From Isurus oxyrinchus (lineage: Eukaryota), in the NCBI GenBank assembly GCA_026770705.1, contig JANJGN010000071.1, positions 2,480,001 to 2,544,000 on the forward strand: 64,000 nucleotides of DNA, written 5' to 3'. Every line of letters begins with the position of its first letter. Within the stretch, counting starts at the first letter, position 1. Positions 1 to 12,653 of the stretch are shown piece after piece. The notes under the pieces are model-generated. The model had not been told where the DNA came from and made no database searches. It saw nothing but the letters and a program-made list of their open reading frames with translations. The position numbers were made by a program, and so were the translations under genes.

Positions 1-745
1 GTGTTAGTGAGGGTGCAGATATGAGGCCGGAAGCTCATCTCAGGATCAAATGGGACAACAAAGCTGTGAACAGATTGGCTTCAATCTCAGAGAGCTGCCA
101 GGGAGAGGAATGGAGTTGGTAGCAAGGGAACAGAGTTTGGAGCGGGGAATGCAGGCAATGGCTTCAGTCTTTCCAATATTTAATTGGAGGGAATTTCTGC
201 CCATCCAGTACTGGATGTCGGATAAGCAGCCTGATAATTTAGCAGCAGTGGAGGAGTCGAGAGAGGTGGTGGTGAGGTAGAGCTGGGGATCCTCAGTGGA
301 CAGGTGAAAACTAACACTGTTCAGATGATGCTGCAAAGCCATTGCAAGTGATTCTCTGGCTACGATGAGATGGATAAGAATGGAGCCAGGGGAGAGCAGT
401 CCCACCCAGCTGGACGACAGTGGAGAGGTGTTGGAGGAGGATGGTGTGGTCGAGCGTGTCAAAGGCTGCAGACAGATCGAGAAGGACGAGGAGGGAAAGT
501 TGACCTTTGTCACAGTCACACAGGATGCCATTTGTGACCTTGATAAGAGCTGTTTCAGCACAGTGGCTGGGGTGGGAACCTGATTGGAGGGATTCAAAGA
601 TGGAGTTCCGGGAAAGATGGGAACGGATTCGGGAGATGGAAACACGTTCAAGGACTTTGGAGGGTAACGAGAGGCTGGAGATGGGACGGGGGTTTACACG
701 GACAGTGTGAGGGGTGGAAGGTGTAGTGGGGAGAAGACACTTCAC
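1..745 (-). mobile_element. L2-clade LINE reverse transcriptase fragment (degenerate)
   Basis: ORF 311..745 reads LQSGSHPSHCAETALIKVTN..LLVLLDLSAAFDTLDH; ORF 46..651 reads EDPQLYL..WMGRNSLQLNIGKTE. Both are typical L2 RT motifs, frameshifted. Confidence 0.85.
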
Positions 746-965
746 TCAGGGGGGAGGTGTCATCACCCCTCAGCTCGGTTTACGTTACAGCTATGATGTG
801 GATTCAGTCACACACAATAAGCTCATGGATCTGGGAGCAGAAATAGACAAATCATTAAAAATAGTGATGCTGGTTAACACGGCCAAAAAACAAGCAAATC
901 AAACACTATTATTTCCCATTGAGTGTTGGATGTGAATTGTTGAGTAATTATAACACAGAAATTAC

Positions 966-1340
966 CAGAAACGTGAAGCTGGGTTTCAGGACGGTCGTTG
1001 TATCTATTCCTGTTGTCAAATTCTATTCTGAAATAATAATATCCTTCATCTCCCCATCTGATGTTGTTTATAAACAGGGAACAGTGACCATCTTTCAGGT
1101 CTCCAGACAGCTGAGTCCGATGGTGGAACCGTGGTAACTTGCGATTATGATCCTTGGAGTGAAAGGCTATAGACCATTCATTCCATGTTTCCCAATTCCT
1201 TCTCATATACCAGATTCCGACAGGTGATCTCGATACTAAATATGATGGATAACTGTAATGACATGGAATCTGTACACACAAACCTTCCTGCGCTGTCACC
1301 TCTCGTGGAGTGTCACCTTTCCACTCTTGTGGTAGTCCAG
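966..1340 (-). CDS. Siglec-like V-set Ig exon (V0), essential Arg present
   Basis: Acceptor ctctccctag, donor g|gtaat, 375 nt, phase 1-1. Peptide EGLCVQIPCHYSYP..GIWY..DGHCSLFI..YYYFRIE has the Siglec Cys pattern (B-E strand disulfide, inter-domain Cys, no F-strand Cys). Confidence 0.9.
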
Positions 1341-1731
1341 CTAGGGAGAGAAATATCAATATTTAACTCTGAATGTTTTGTCAATCCACTAGACTTGATA
1401 TCCACCCCCTCCTTCACTGGGGCACAGTGGCTGCAGTCTGGACTCACAATGAGTGCCCCAAGGTTTCACAACACAATGAAGAGTATCCTGGACACAGGAG
1501 TGGACAAGTTCATTCTACATTGGCTCATGGCCCTCAGGAACATGTTTAGTTAACCCAGTCTTCCACCCAACACAGTGTCTACAAGACGCACTAATTGAAG
1601 TGAGTTCACTGCTGATTTACAACGTAGGACAATGGATTAGGAGCCTTCAGAATTCCCCCATTATCACCATCATGAATCATGAATTGGCCTAGCTGTCCAA
1701 GATCCTCAGTGTCTAAGGCAGTGGTTCCTAT

Positions 1732-2658
1732 TGTGATGAAAGTATAATAATTTTCATAATATTTTATAGTATATTGTGAAGTAGGTTTATGGGGGTACGC
1801 ATGATGGGTCTGCATGTGATTTAAGTACATTTGGAGTTAATTAGATTGGAAGTTTAAAATGATCAAAAGGAGCTAGGTGCTTGACATGCTATTGAGGAAA
1901 CATGGATGCTGCTTAGCATGGAAGGTATGACGAGAATTTGCATTTTTCTATCAATGAAGGGGTTGTTGGATTTCAAAGGAATCTTAGCTTGTTTACAACT
2001 TGCCAGATAAGCAAGACTAAGGAATGTGTTTATTTTTCTCAAAGGCTCCTGACAATATTGGCACCACGAAAGAATTTGTTATGAGGAAGATACAGTTTTC
2101 AAAAACATTTGGAACAATAGAATTTTCATGTTACAAAGAGAGAAATATATATCTATCAGGGAGAATGAAAGGCTATGTGTCAGAATGCCATGTAAGATCT
2201 AACACGAGTGTGTGATATAGTCTTAATGAAACCTCTAGCATTTGTGCACAAGCCTGCTATCCAACAGAACTGAAGTTGGGGAAAAGCCACTTGGAATTCC
2301 TCTGTGCAGGGTATTGCTTTTATATTGTGTTAACTTGCTGAGTTTGTTTTAAATATAAAGCCTATTTTTGGACCGTTGCCTTAAAGGGAGTGCAACTGGG
2401 AGTCAGGTTAATTCGGAATTTTAAGAATTATTATAGTGGTAATTGTAGAGTTATGTATGTGCTTGAAATCTTTTATTTTGAGAGCAAGTATTTTAGTTTA
2501 ATTTTCAAATCTCTAAAGGTCTTGGTGTAATTATTGCTTCTGAATTCGGTGTACACATCCCATAATAAACACAAATTGCAAAATCATTATGATCATGTGA
2601 CCATCTTTCTCTCAGGGACTTGGTCTGCCTGGCACACATCACCTGCCAAGTGATAACA
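1732..2658. mobile_element. Probable solo LTR (TG...CA) in leader-V intron
   Basis: Begins tgtgatgaaa, ends tgataaca; non-coding; not present in the short paralogous intron at ~10.1-11.2k; mirrored at ~29470-30393. Confidence 0.4.
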
Positions 2659-2662
2659 CTGT

Positions 2663-3973
2663 TGTAATATGCCTTTCAGGGACAGCAGCATGACATCACT
2701 CGAGGAGAAGTGTGTCATGTGATTTTTAGGAACTGGGGATAGATTAAGGAAGTTCTATGTGTATTTGTGTGTGTTAGGCATAAGGTCTATCTTTAAGTTC
2801 AAGTTTAGTTTGATTTCTGAATTTGTGTGTTAGGAAAGTGGGAGACTTGAGTTTTGGTTTCATTTTTACAGAAGCCAGCAATCTAATGAGGTTTGGTGAC
2901 TCTTAAATGAAAGTCAAAACAAATACAAGGTGTAAGAAACTGTGCTGTTGCCTGGCAACAGTGATCCAGAGGGAAGGACCCACAGAGACCGAGAAAAACA
3001 GAAAAGTACTTTCAGTTCTGTTGAAAGGAGGTGCCAGGAGAAGCAGCAAAGGAGCGGGACAGATAGTCAGTCCCAAAGTAAAGAAGAAGCCAAAACTATC
3101 GAGTGGAACAGGAGAAAGGGCCCAAGAAAACCTTCTCGTCAAATCTGGACAAGGTCCTGTTAAGTGAAGTTAAGAGTGAGGAGCAGAGGAGGGATCCAAG
3201 CTAAAAGAGAAAAAGCAAAAGGACACAGGCCTAAAGCAAAATAGGCTTGTGAGAAGCCAGAAGATCCTAGGAGACACCACAGGTTGGTGACTCATTACTA
3301 CGGCCATGTGAAGCCATGGTGTTCCATTGACACGGCTGAGCATTGGAGAGACAGGGCGTGGAAGGAAGGCTGAATGCACGTGGCGATCCAGGGGGCAGGA
3401 ACATGGGAAGGAGAGTTTGAAATAGTGAAAGTGGACCCTTGTGGAAGGTGTCTGAGTGAAAGTGTCATGTTGGAGGAGATTCCAAAGAAAGCACTTGGCT
3501 CTCTTTGAGATTGGAAACCCTCATGTGAAAGACGCAGTTTCGTTAGACCAGTTGCCTCACAGTGTAACAATTGTCTGGAGTAGGTTGAGGAGGGACCCGG
3601 AGCATTTGTTTCACGTGGGTTCTGTCACTTGGTTTCAGAATGTGGTGTCCCTGACCACAGGTCATCTATTGGTTTACATCGACTGTGTACTTAGTGTGAA
3701 CATGAGAGTATAAGATAGTTATTGTAATTGTGTTATCCTTATGAATCTGTAAATGTATAGGTCTGGGTGAAGGAGGAATGTAATATAGTTTGTCTTTCCT
3801 AGTTTAATAAATGTTTTATTCTTTTGTTAGAAGCTCATCAGATGATTCCTGTGACTCTGTTCAGTAGCCGCACTCCACATTCCTAAATAAAAAATAAAAG
3901 TTAGGACCTATCAAGCTGAGTTCCACCCTGGGATCTGACTTGCCCAGTAGTAACATCAGCTGGGATGATAACA
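2663..3973. mobile_element. Probable solo LTR (TG...CA)
   Basis: Begins tgtaatatg, contains aataaa near 3806, ends gataaca; mirrored at ~28148-29465. Confidence 0.4.
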
Positions 3974-4099
3974 CCATCCAGTCCAAGTTTCACTTTGGCC
4001 TGTGAGCAGAACACAGCTCACACAGTTTGGCTGCAGGTGTCTCCCAGCTTTCTATCCTTGTATATCTGTTCTCATGTCCCTGTTCTAAATAACTGAACC

Positions 4100-7000
4100 C
4101 ACAATGTATTTACCCAATTCCGTATCAGTGGTTGGTGCCTTTATATCATTATAAAAACACAACATGGTGATCAGCGGTGGCCAAACATTCTGGCAGCAAG
4201 ATTCAGTACAGGTATGACGTGGTGAACAGCCTTAGATCGAGCTACATGACATGAGACGACCCTCGACGCTTTGGTCAGACCACAACAGAGACACAGCATC
4301 AGAGAGGGTTGAAATCGCAGTGTACTGACTGCTCAGGAAACCTTTGAAGACACAGTGACGGGAAAGAGCTCAAGTAAAGAGCTGGGGAGCAGACGGATCC
4401 CTCGTGGTGAGATTACAGCACACGGCCTGTAGGTCAGTGAGTGGGACAGTGTGTATCGCCAGGACCAGCAGCAGGTTAGCTCAGTCAGGGAAGGCGAGTG
4501 ACCAGGGTGTGGGCTGGATCGATAGTGAGCGAGGGAGAGTCAAACACACAAAAACCATTATAAAAATCAGCCCAGAGAAGTTAGTGATTATAACGGGCGG
4601 CTTCGAGATTGATGAACAGTAAATTGAATAAAAAACAAAGACTCCATTACTCCGTGGTGTGTTCCTGCCACAACCCGTCTTCGTGGGCGGAGCTTCGGAA
4701 AAGCGCACGAAAGGGGCTAAAGCGACACTCATCCCAGGTCCTGTAGGAGAAGGAAGGTCAAAGGAATATTGTCAGAATGTCCACGAAATTCCCCAGTTTG
4801 AACTGGGATGTAGCTGACTGACTATCTGAATTCAGAATGTTTAAACAGCGTACAGAGCTCTGGTTTCCTGATTCAGGTGTGACTGAACCAGACGAACAAG
4901 CCATAAAAATTCACCTCGCGATTGGGAATGAAGGTCTACACAGGCTGAACACATCAGGATTAACAGCAGAAGAGTGAAAGGATCCCCAATAGATATGGAC
5001 GACATTGGAAGACAGGTTCAGAATCAGGTGAAACTCCATATTCATCAACTAGAGTTTATGTCATTTCATCAGCCTACACAATCCATAGACCACTTCATCA
5101 GCCGATGTAGAGAAAAGGGTACGCACTGTGATTTCAAACACAGAGCCTGCAGACACAGTTGTTGAGTTGGTGATCGCATCCACTCCCATGGAAGCCTTCC
5201 AGAAAGATCTGCTAGATAAGACCAAAACCTATAGCATTGAAGAGCTACTCAAGGATGGACATAAATACGAAGTGATCCTCGCAGGTCAACGAAGCTTACA
5301 GGTCCTCAGTACAACATAAGTTGTTGACACACTCACTAGAACATCCAAACCTAGTGAGACGTGTGGAAGGTGTGGCCTTCTGCAGGCACCAAGGAAATGC
5401 CCAGCTTTCCACCAATCCTGCAAGGCTTGTGGCAGAAAGGGCCATTGACAGTGGCAGGGCACTAGAGCAAAGGCTGATGCAGCTACAAGGAGCCATGCGC
5501 TGATCCAAACAGACCCTACACAACGGGGAACCTTCAATCAATAAGAATGACCATCCGCTATCCCATCAGGAACATATACATGTGGTGACTGACAAACCAG
5601 GAAATGGCGATGATGTACATGGTGAGACGAGGAGCGGTGATCGATATTCCACCTCTCACACATATCCTGACGTGGCTTGCCAATAAATTGTGGATTGTTG
5701 TCCTTAATGATCTCTCTGGGCACATCAAATAAACTGAAAATGTCCCATAGTGGTGGGATTTTCTGGCCCCACCCACTGCCAGGATTGTCCGGTCCGGCCG
5801 AAAGCCAATGGATTTATATTTGTCCCAATCTCCCAAGGCAGGTCCTACCATGACTGGGCCGGAAAACCCCGGCCTAGAGTTTGTGCAACATTTGTGCTCA
5901 ACGTTTTGTGCAATTGTTGAACAATTTCACACCTTTTACACCATCAATCTCACGGAGAACAGATGCTGTCACATCACCCGCACTATTGGCCAAGATTCCA
6001 ATTATCTGCCCTGAGAAAGTTGCTACCTCTCCTTTATTGGCCAAGATTGACACAAGGGCAAGTGCCAACATTCCCCTCCCCCAGACCACCCCAGTAAATT
6101 TTCAAAGACATGTATCCAAGGACATGGAAGTCCATGGGGAAACCTACTGCTGTGTACAACACTTTACCAACTCCATGTGCGCAATACATAGTCCTGGGGT
6201 GCAAGTACAATCAATCCTCCTGGGTGTCACAGATGTTCTACATCGTGGAGACTAAAGGCAGAGCAATTGCAAGTCTACCGGCATGCAGTGACCTCACACT
6301 AGTGACAATCCATGGAATCTGTCAGAACTGACATGGGTCAACCTCAGAAACTACCCCATCAACTCAGTTCATGGACATAACATTGAAATATGCAGAAAGT
6401 TTCAACAGTATTTGCAGTTTCAAGGGAGCTGCAACATTACACCTGCAGGAGAATGCAAGTCTGTCAATTGATCCAGTACATTTAGCACAACAGAAATGCC
6501 AGCATCTACAAGAGGGGACAGTGAAAAATTCTACAGGAACTGTGGAAGTATCATTGAAAGGGTGGCCTGATTCAACTTGACGTCATCGGGATAAGCGAGG
6601 CATCTCCCAGGGAGTCATTTTTAATGGCAGGCATCGCATCATACCAGAACCTTTGTGATGATATATTCTTCAACAACTTCATCCTTCACACATGGGCACA
6701 GATCAGACAAGGAGACTCACAAGAGATACAGTCCCTGGCCGGGTATAAACAATGACCTTGAAGTCATAGTAGGGAAGTTCGAGGCTTGTCAAGAGGATGA
6801 GCCAAGTCAACACAAAGAACCACTGATTCCACAGGAAATTCCTGCCCATTCTTAGTCCAAAATCACATCTGAATCCTTTCATGTCCATGTCACTGACTTC
6901 ATCATCATCGTCGACAGCTTTACTAGATATCCCGTTATTCAAAAATAGCACAACACACCGAGCACAACTGCTGCTTACACTCTAAGCACTATTTTCAGTT

Positions 7001-8050
7001 TATTTGGTGAGCCTAGGGACATGATTACAGATAATCTGCAATATCAATCACACTACTTCTTCTCCTCATTACCCCAGATCTAACAGCCTAGCTGAATGAA
7101 TGATTCACACAGTGAAATCCCTAATTCTCAAATGTAGACAGACCAAGCAAGATCCACACATTGCAATGTTACATCTGAGATCGACACCTACAACTGCAAC
7201 TTTGTTAAATTCATTCATGGGATGTGGGAGTCACTGGTCAGGCCAGGATTTATTACCCATCCCTAATGTAAGAGTCAACCACATTGACGTGGAGTCTGGA
7301 GTCACATGTCGGCCAGACAATTTTGTTCCCTAAATGGCACTGGTGAACCAGGTGGGATTTCCAACAATGGTTTTGTGGTCATCACTAGACTTTGAATTTC
7401 ATCTTTTTATTAAATTCAAATTCCATCATCTATTATGGTCGGATTTGAACCCATATTCTCAGGACATTACCCTGGGTGTCTGAATTACTCATCTAGCAAC
7501 AATACCACTACACCATCACCTCACCTTATTCCATCACTGACAGAGATCATGTTTGGTGGGCCAGTAGTGACCAATTTCGCTACTCTTACCCATTCTACTC
7601 TCTCAGAAACCAGAGGGCAACTTTTAAAACTACAAGAGAAGATAAGGAATGTTCATGATAAAAATGGAGATGCAGAGTTGCCAAGTTTACAGTTGGGACA
7701 AGTTCACATCCAGGTTCCCACAGAAGGTTCATGACCACCAGCCGAGGTGACAAGGATTTGTTCAGAACCAAGGGCCTATGGAGTCAAACACACAAGGGCA
7801 CAGCGGTGAGGTGGAACCGAGGATAAATCAGATCCATTCCCGCTCCTATTCCATCGAGGAGAAGATCCCACATGAAATCAGGAACAACATCCAAGGGTGA
7901 CAATCCCACAGATCACTGTGAGCAGTTAAAGACACCTCCAGACAAGGTAACCAGCACAAGATCTGGGTGGACCAGAAGGTTAAATCCACACTTTAGAGAG
8001 TCAAATATTCAACAGTTCCATGCACTTATGTAACTGTCAATAAATATGAA
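4100..8050 (+). mobile_element. Degenerate Gypsy/Ty3 LTR retrotransposon (gag-protease-integrase remnants)
   Basis: Gag MSTKFPSLN..EFRMFKQR, zinc knuckles CGRCG..CPAFHQSCKACGRKGH, protease-like KIDTRASAN, integrase pieces WPGINNDLE and HYPRSNSLAE. Many stops and deletions. Boundaries approximate. Confidence 0.8.
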
Positions 8051-9048
8051 CATGATATGAGAAACCGCTTGTTCCCTGTCCTTCTCAAAGATCCATTCCT
8101 GCAGCGGGAGCCTGAAGAGTTACTGATAAGAGATTTAATTTATCGGATTGTAGAATGATCCAGAACTGAAGGAAGCCATTTGGCCCATCGAGCCTGTGCT
8201 GGGCCTTTGAAAGATCTGTCCAATTAGTCCCACTCTCACCTCTGCTCTCTCCCCCACAGCCCTGCAAAATGTCCCCTTCAAGTATTTATCTAGTTCCTCT
8301 TCTGAAAGTTCCTGTTGAATCTGCTTCCACCGCCCTTTCAGGCAGTGAGTCAATGGTCTCTCTCTGAGCTGCAAAGTGATAAGTTTCAATGAAATATAAA
8401 CTCTGCAGCAGATCAGAAACAATCATGATAACTCAGAATATTTGACAGTTTTACATACAGACAGCTTTGCCTCCCTTCTCTCTATCAGTTATCTTGCTAT
8501 CTTATCGAATTTTCTAGCATGGTGAGAATGGACAGGAAGTGTGACGCTGAACTGCCTGTCTAATCTAAGAGCTTCTGTGTTGTCTTCATGGGAAATTCTG
8601 ATGAAAATCAGCAAGAGAGAAAAATTTCAGGGCATTGATATCGGAGTGCTTGCATCAGGATAGACTTCATCCCCCAGTTTTTATCCCTGCTTCTCTATTC
8701 AGCCGATCGCTCCCCTGTCACTCGCTGACCTACACTGGCTCCCAGTCCAGCAAAGCCTCAATTTTCAAAATCTCTTCATTGATTCCTTATCCCTCCATCC
8801 TCCCTCTCTAATCCCTATCACTGTCACCTTCTCCAGCCCTTTATTTGAGGTCTCTGCTGTCCTGCAGTTCTGCTGTCAGACAGGGAGTCAGTGTATATCA
8901 GTGAGCACAGGGGTGATGGGTGAATGGGACTTGGTGTGAGTTTGTACACTGGCTCACTGCTGAATCGGTTCCCTATCAGAGCTCAATAAGAATGTTCTTT
9001 TACAAAGACTATTAGCCATACGTCTGTCTAAGCTGACGATGATATTAC

Positions 9049-9088
9049 CTTGGAGAAGTGACAGGAGGAAGTAAGATTTCCCGATCAT
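9049..9088 (-). CDS. Signal-peptide (leader) exon A, MIGKSYFLLSLLQ; exon spans 9049-9130
   Basis: Acceptor ctcttttctctttcag, ATG at 9088, donor caag|gtaat; phase 1, in frame with V0. Confidence 0.85.
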
Positions 9089-9538
9089 TGTCCTCTGCCA
9101 GATATTCCTTTAGCTTCTCACTCTCAAACTCTGAAAGAGAAAAGAGTTAATGAGACCTCACCTCTTGTCCGACAGCTCTCGAGAGATCAGAACTGCTTTT
9201 AGACAATGTCTTCACAGACTAATTTGGTTCTCTGTGGGATGATAGGTGCTCTGCAGAGAGTTAAAAAGCTGTAAAAAAATAAATCAATGAAGGACTTGCA
9301 ATTATATAGCACCTTTCACCACCTCAGGGTGTCCCAAAGCTCATGTCTCCGCACTTCCCTCATCCCTTGAGCTAGAAAGATGTTCTGTACAACAGACTTG
9401 AGCCTCACTCCCAGATCTCAATTATCAGTAGAAATCTTTCAAAGGCATCAATCATTGGAATCTGTCTTTATAAAGTCACAACATCAACAAAGGACGGTGT
9501 TGGTGGTGGAAGAGAATTCCAATCGTTCCGTTACTTAC

Positions 9539-9680
9539 CCAGGACCTGTCCGACTGCTCGTCTGGGGAGGAACTGCCCACACGCTCTGCTTGGGCTGAAT
9601 GACCGCTTCCTGTGCTGCTCCCTCTGTGTGTTTAATTAGAAAGGGTGCATGTGTCACTTTGAGACAAAATGAGGAAGTTG
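9539..9680 (-). promoter_or_regulatory. Promoter and non-coding exon 1, copy A
   Basis: Donor tgg|gtaagt ending at 9539; AT-rich box 9631-9639; PU.1/ETS motif aaatgaggaagt 9667-9678; module is conserved in four copies. Confidence 0.6.
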
Positions 9681-9889
9681 GATCAAAGTGACAGAGCAGC
9701 TCATGTTTTGAGATGTTGGTGAATTGTTAACCCTTTGTGTCCTGACCCTGTGGTGATATTTCTGCTCACAGGTGGACAGTCATTGACCAGGAATTTCTCC
9801 TGTGGGTCAGTGGGTTTCACAGCCAAATTCAGGGGGTCAGAACTTTGTGGGGTTCAAGACCCCATTCAGGGGACGTCTGCCCCACAGAG

Positions 9890-10115
9890 TAGACTGAAAC
9901 TCCCCAGTGTCAGTACTGAGCAAGCTCTGCACTGTCGGATGGTCATTACTGAGCAAGTGTTGCACTATTGTAAGGTCAGTACTGAGGGAGATCTCCACTG
10001 TTTGAGAGTCAGTACTGAGGGAGTGCTGCACTGTCAGAGGGACATTAATCAGGGAGTGCTGCAATGTAGGAGGATCAGTACTGAGGGAGTGCTGCACTGT
10101 TGGAGGGTCAGTATT
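9890..10115. repeat. 33-bp minisatellite (gagggagtgctgcactgtc.gagggtcagtact)
   Basis: Direct reading of degenerate tandem units. Confidence 0.85.
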
Positions 10116-10271
10116 AAGGTGCTGATTTACAAGACAGGACAATGGATTAGGAGCCCTCAGAACTCCCCCCATTATCACCGTCATGAATCACTAATTAGCC
10201 TAACATTCCTGTCTGCTCTTCAACACAGCTGATTGGCTAATCTGATTCAATCTGATTGGTGCACTTTGTAT

Positions 10272-10455
10272 GTTCATTGTCGAAGGAATCTCTTTGGATC
10301 CTCATTGTCGGAGGAATCTCTTTGGATCCTCATTGTCTGAGGAATCTCTTTGGATCCTCATTGTCTAAGGATTCTTTTTGGATCCTCATTCTTTAAGGAA
10401 TCTCTTTGGATCCTCATTGTCTAAGGAATCTCTTTGGATCCTCATTGTCTAAGGG
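10272..10455. repeat. 28-bp minisatellite (ggaatctctttggatcctcattgtctaa), about 6 copies
   Basis: Direct reading. Confidence 0.9.
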
Positions 10456-11239
10456 ATTATTTCTGATCCAAACCCCATATTGTTGTATTGTTGATTCCGA
10501 TGCAGCATTGTAGACTGACTTGTCCCCAAGCTCAGCACTGACCCTTCTCCAGCAGACCCTGTGAAACACACTAACAAAGCGCCTCTATCCTGAGCTCTGC
10601 ATGTGTCAAGAGAAAGACAAATATGCAAACTGAATATTGACATCTTTACACACGGACAGCTTTACCTTCCTTCTCTCTTTCAGTTATCTTGCTCCCTTAT
10701 TGAAGTATCTAGCAAGGTGAGAATGAACAGGAAGTGTGACACTGAATAGCCTGTCTATTCTAGGAGCTGCTGTGTTGTCTTCATGGGAAATTCTGAATAA
10801 AATCAGGAAAAGACACAAATTTCATTCCTTTGCTATCGGAGTCCAAGCATCAGGATAGACTTCATCCCCCAGTATTTATCACTGTTTCTCGACTCGACAC
10901 CTCACACCCTCTGCCACTCGCTGACCTGCACTGGCTCCCAGTCCAGCAGAGCCTCGAGTTTAAGACTCTCATCCTCAATTTCCATTCCCTCCATTCCTCT
11001 TCTCCAGTCACTTTCTCCTCCAACCATGCAAACCTCAAAGTCCTCTGGTCTCCTCCAATTCTGCTGTCAGACAGGGAGTCAGTGTATATCAGTGAGCACA
11101 GGGGTGATGGGTGAATGGGACTTGGTGTGAGATTGTACACTGGCTCACTGCTGAATCTGTTCCCAATCACAGCTCAATAAGAATTATGTTTTACAAAGAT
11201 GATTAGCCATAAATCTGTCCGAGCTGACGATGATATTAC

Positions 11240-11279
11240 CTTGGAGAAGTGACAGGAGGAAGTAAGATTTCCTGATCAT
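11240..11279 (-). CDS. Leader exon B, MIRKSYFLLSLLQ; exon spans 11240-11312; no V exon of its own
   Basis: Paralog of 9049-9088 with intact acceptor (ctttcacag) and donor (caag|gtaat). Confidence 0.75.
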
Positions 11280-11722
11280 TGTCCACTCCCAGGTATTTCA
11301 TTGGTTCTCAAGCTGTGAAAGAGAAATGAGTTAATGAGACCTCACCTCTTGTCCGACACCTCTCGAGAGATCAGAACTGCTTTTAGACAATGTCTTCACA
11401 GACTAATTTCATTCTCTGTGGGATGATATGTGCTCTGCAGAGAGTTACAAGGCTTTAAGAAAGTAAAACAATGAAGGACTTGCATTTCTATATCGCCTTT
11501 CCCCTGCTCAGGACGCCCCAAAGCTCATGTCCCTGCACTTCCCTCATCCCTTGAGCTAGAAAGATGTTCTGTACAACAGACCTGAGCCTCACACCCAGAT
11601 CTCAAGAATCAGTAGAAAGCTTTCAAAGGCATCAGTCATTGGAATCTGTCTTTATAAAGTCACAACATCAACAAAGGACGGTGTTGGTGGTGGAAGTGAA
11701 TTCCAATCGTTCCGTTACTTAC

Positions 11723-11865
11723 CCAGGACCTGTCCGACTGCTCGCCTGGGGAGGAACTGCCCACACGCTCTGCTTGGGCTGAATGACCTCTTCCTGTGCT
11801 GCTCCCTCTGTGTGTTTAATTAGAAAGGGTTGATGTGTCACTGTGAGACAAAATGAGGAAGTGGT
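11723..11865 (-). promoter_or_regulatory. Promoter and non-coding exon 1, copy B
   Basis: Donor gg|gtaagt at 11723; aaatgaggaagtg at 11851-11863. Confidence 0.55.
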
Positions 11866-11959
11866 TCGTACCAAGTTAGAAAGCAACTCTTTGCCTCGCA
11901 CAGTTAGAAACCTGTTAACCCTTTGCGTGCCAAGAATGTAGCTGAAGGGCCATCGACTG

Positions 11960-12435
11960 TTCACATGCAACAAGCTCGAGGGGGTTGAACGGGCCTCCTC
12001 CTGTTCCTGTGTAACAGGCTTGAGGGGCTGAATGGACCTCCTCCTGTTCTTGTGTAAGAGGCTTGTGTGGCTGAATGGGCCTCCTCCTGTTCCTGTATAA
12101 CAGCGTCGAGGGACTGAATGAACATCCTCCTCCGCTTCTTGTGTAACATGCTTGAGGGGCTGTTTGGGCCCCCTCATGTTCTTATATAAGATGCTCGTGT
12201 GGCTGAATGAGACTTCTCCTGTTCCTATGTAACTGACTTGAGGGGCTTAATGGACCTCCTCCTGTTCCTGTTCATCAAGCTCATGGGGCTGAAATGACCT
12301 CCTTCCGTTCTGGTGTTAAAGGCTTGAAGGTCTGAATGGGACTCCTCCTGTTGCTGTGTAACAGGCTCGAGGGGCTGAATGGCCTCCTCCTGTTCCTGTG
12401 TAACAGGCTCGAGGGGCTGAATGTCCTCCTCTCAT
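11960..12435. repeat. ~43-bp minisatellite (aatgggcctcctcctgttcctgtgtaacaggctcgaggggctg)
   Basis: Direct reading; unit resembles CR1 3' end sequence. Confidence 0.85.
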
Positions 12436-12436
12436 T

Positions 12437-12653
12437 AAAAATAAATACTGCAAATGTTGTAAATCTTTAATAAAAACGGAAAATGCTGCCTTAACTCAGC
12501 AGGTCTGGCAGCAGCTGTGGAGAGAGAAACAGTGTTTTTGCTTATAGACTCTGAAGAAGGGTCATACGGACTCGAAATGTTAATTCCGTTTATCTCTGCA
12601 CAGATGCTGCCAGACCTACTCAGTTTCTCCAGCATTTTCTGTTTTTATTTCAG
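12437..12653. mobile_element. Fold-back (palindromic) element with hammerhead-like core, probably Penelope-derived
   Basis: Arms aaaatgctg..ctcagcaggtctggcagc..gagagaaacag and its reverse complement; centre ctgaaga-a-gggtc-atacg-gactc-gaaa. Confidence 0.55.

Larger units (their letters stand above)
1..9818. repeat. Left arm of large inverted segmental duplication (runs off window start)
   Basis: Reverse complement of ~22301-32137. Position 1 matches ~32137, and the ORF track shows mirrored near-identical peptides throughout. Confidence 0.95.

Noticed and set aside
874-1359. ORF-track starts and hydrophobic C-termini of the V ORFs as single-exon membrane proteins
   Set aside because: Starts lie in the polypyrimidine tract and the tails are intron read-through past consensus donors.
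9380-9600. Four-copy conserved block as an snRNA or small ORF
   Set aside because: The ttacttacc motif is the reverse complement of a splice donor; the block is better explained as promoter/exon 1/intron of the duplicated genes.
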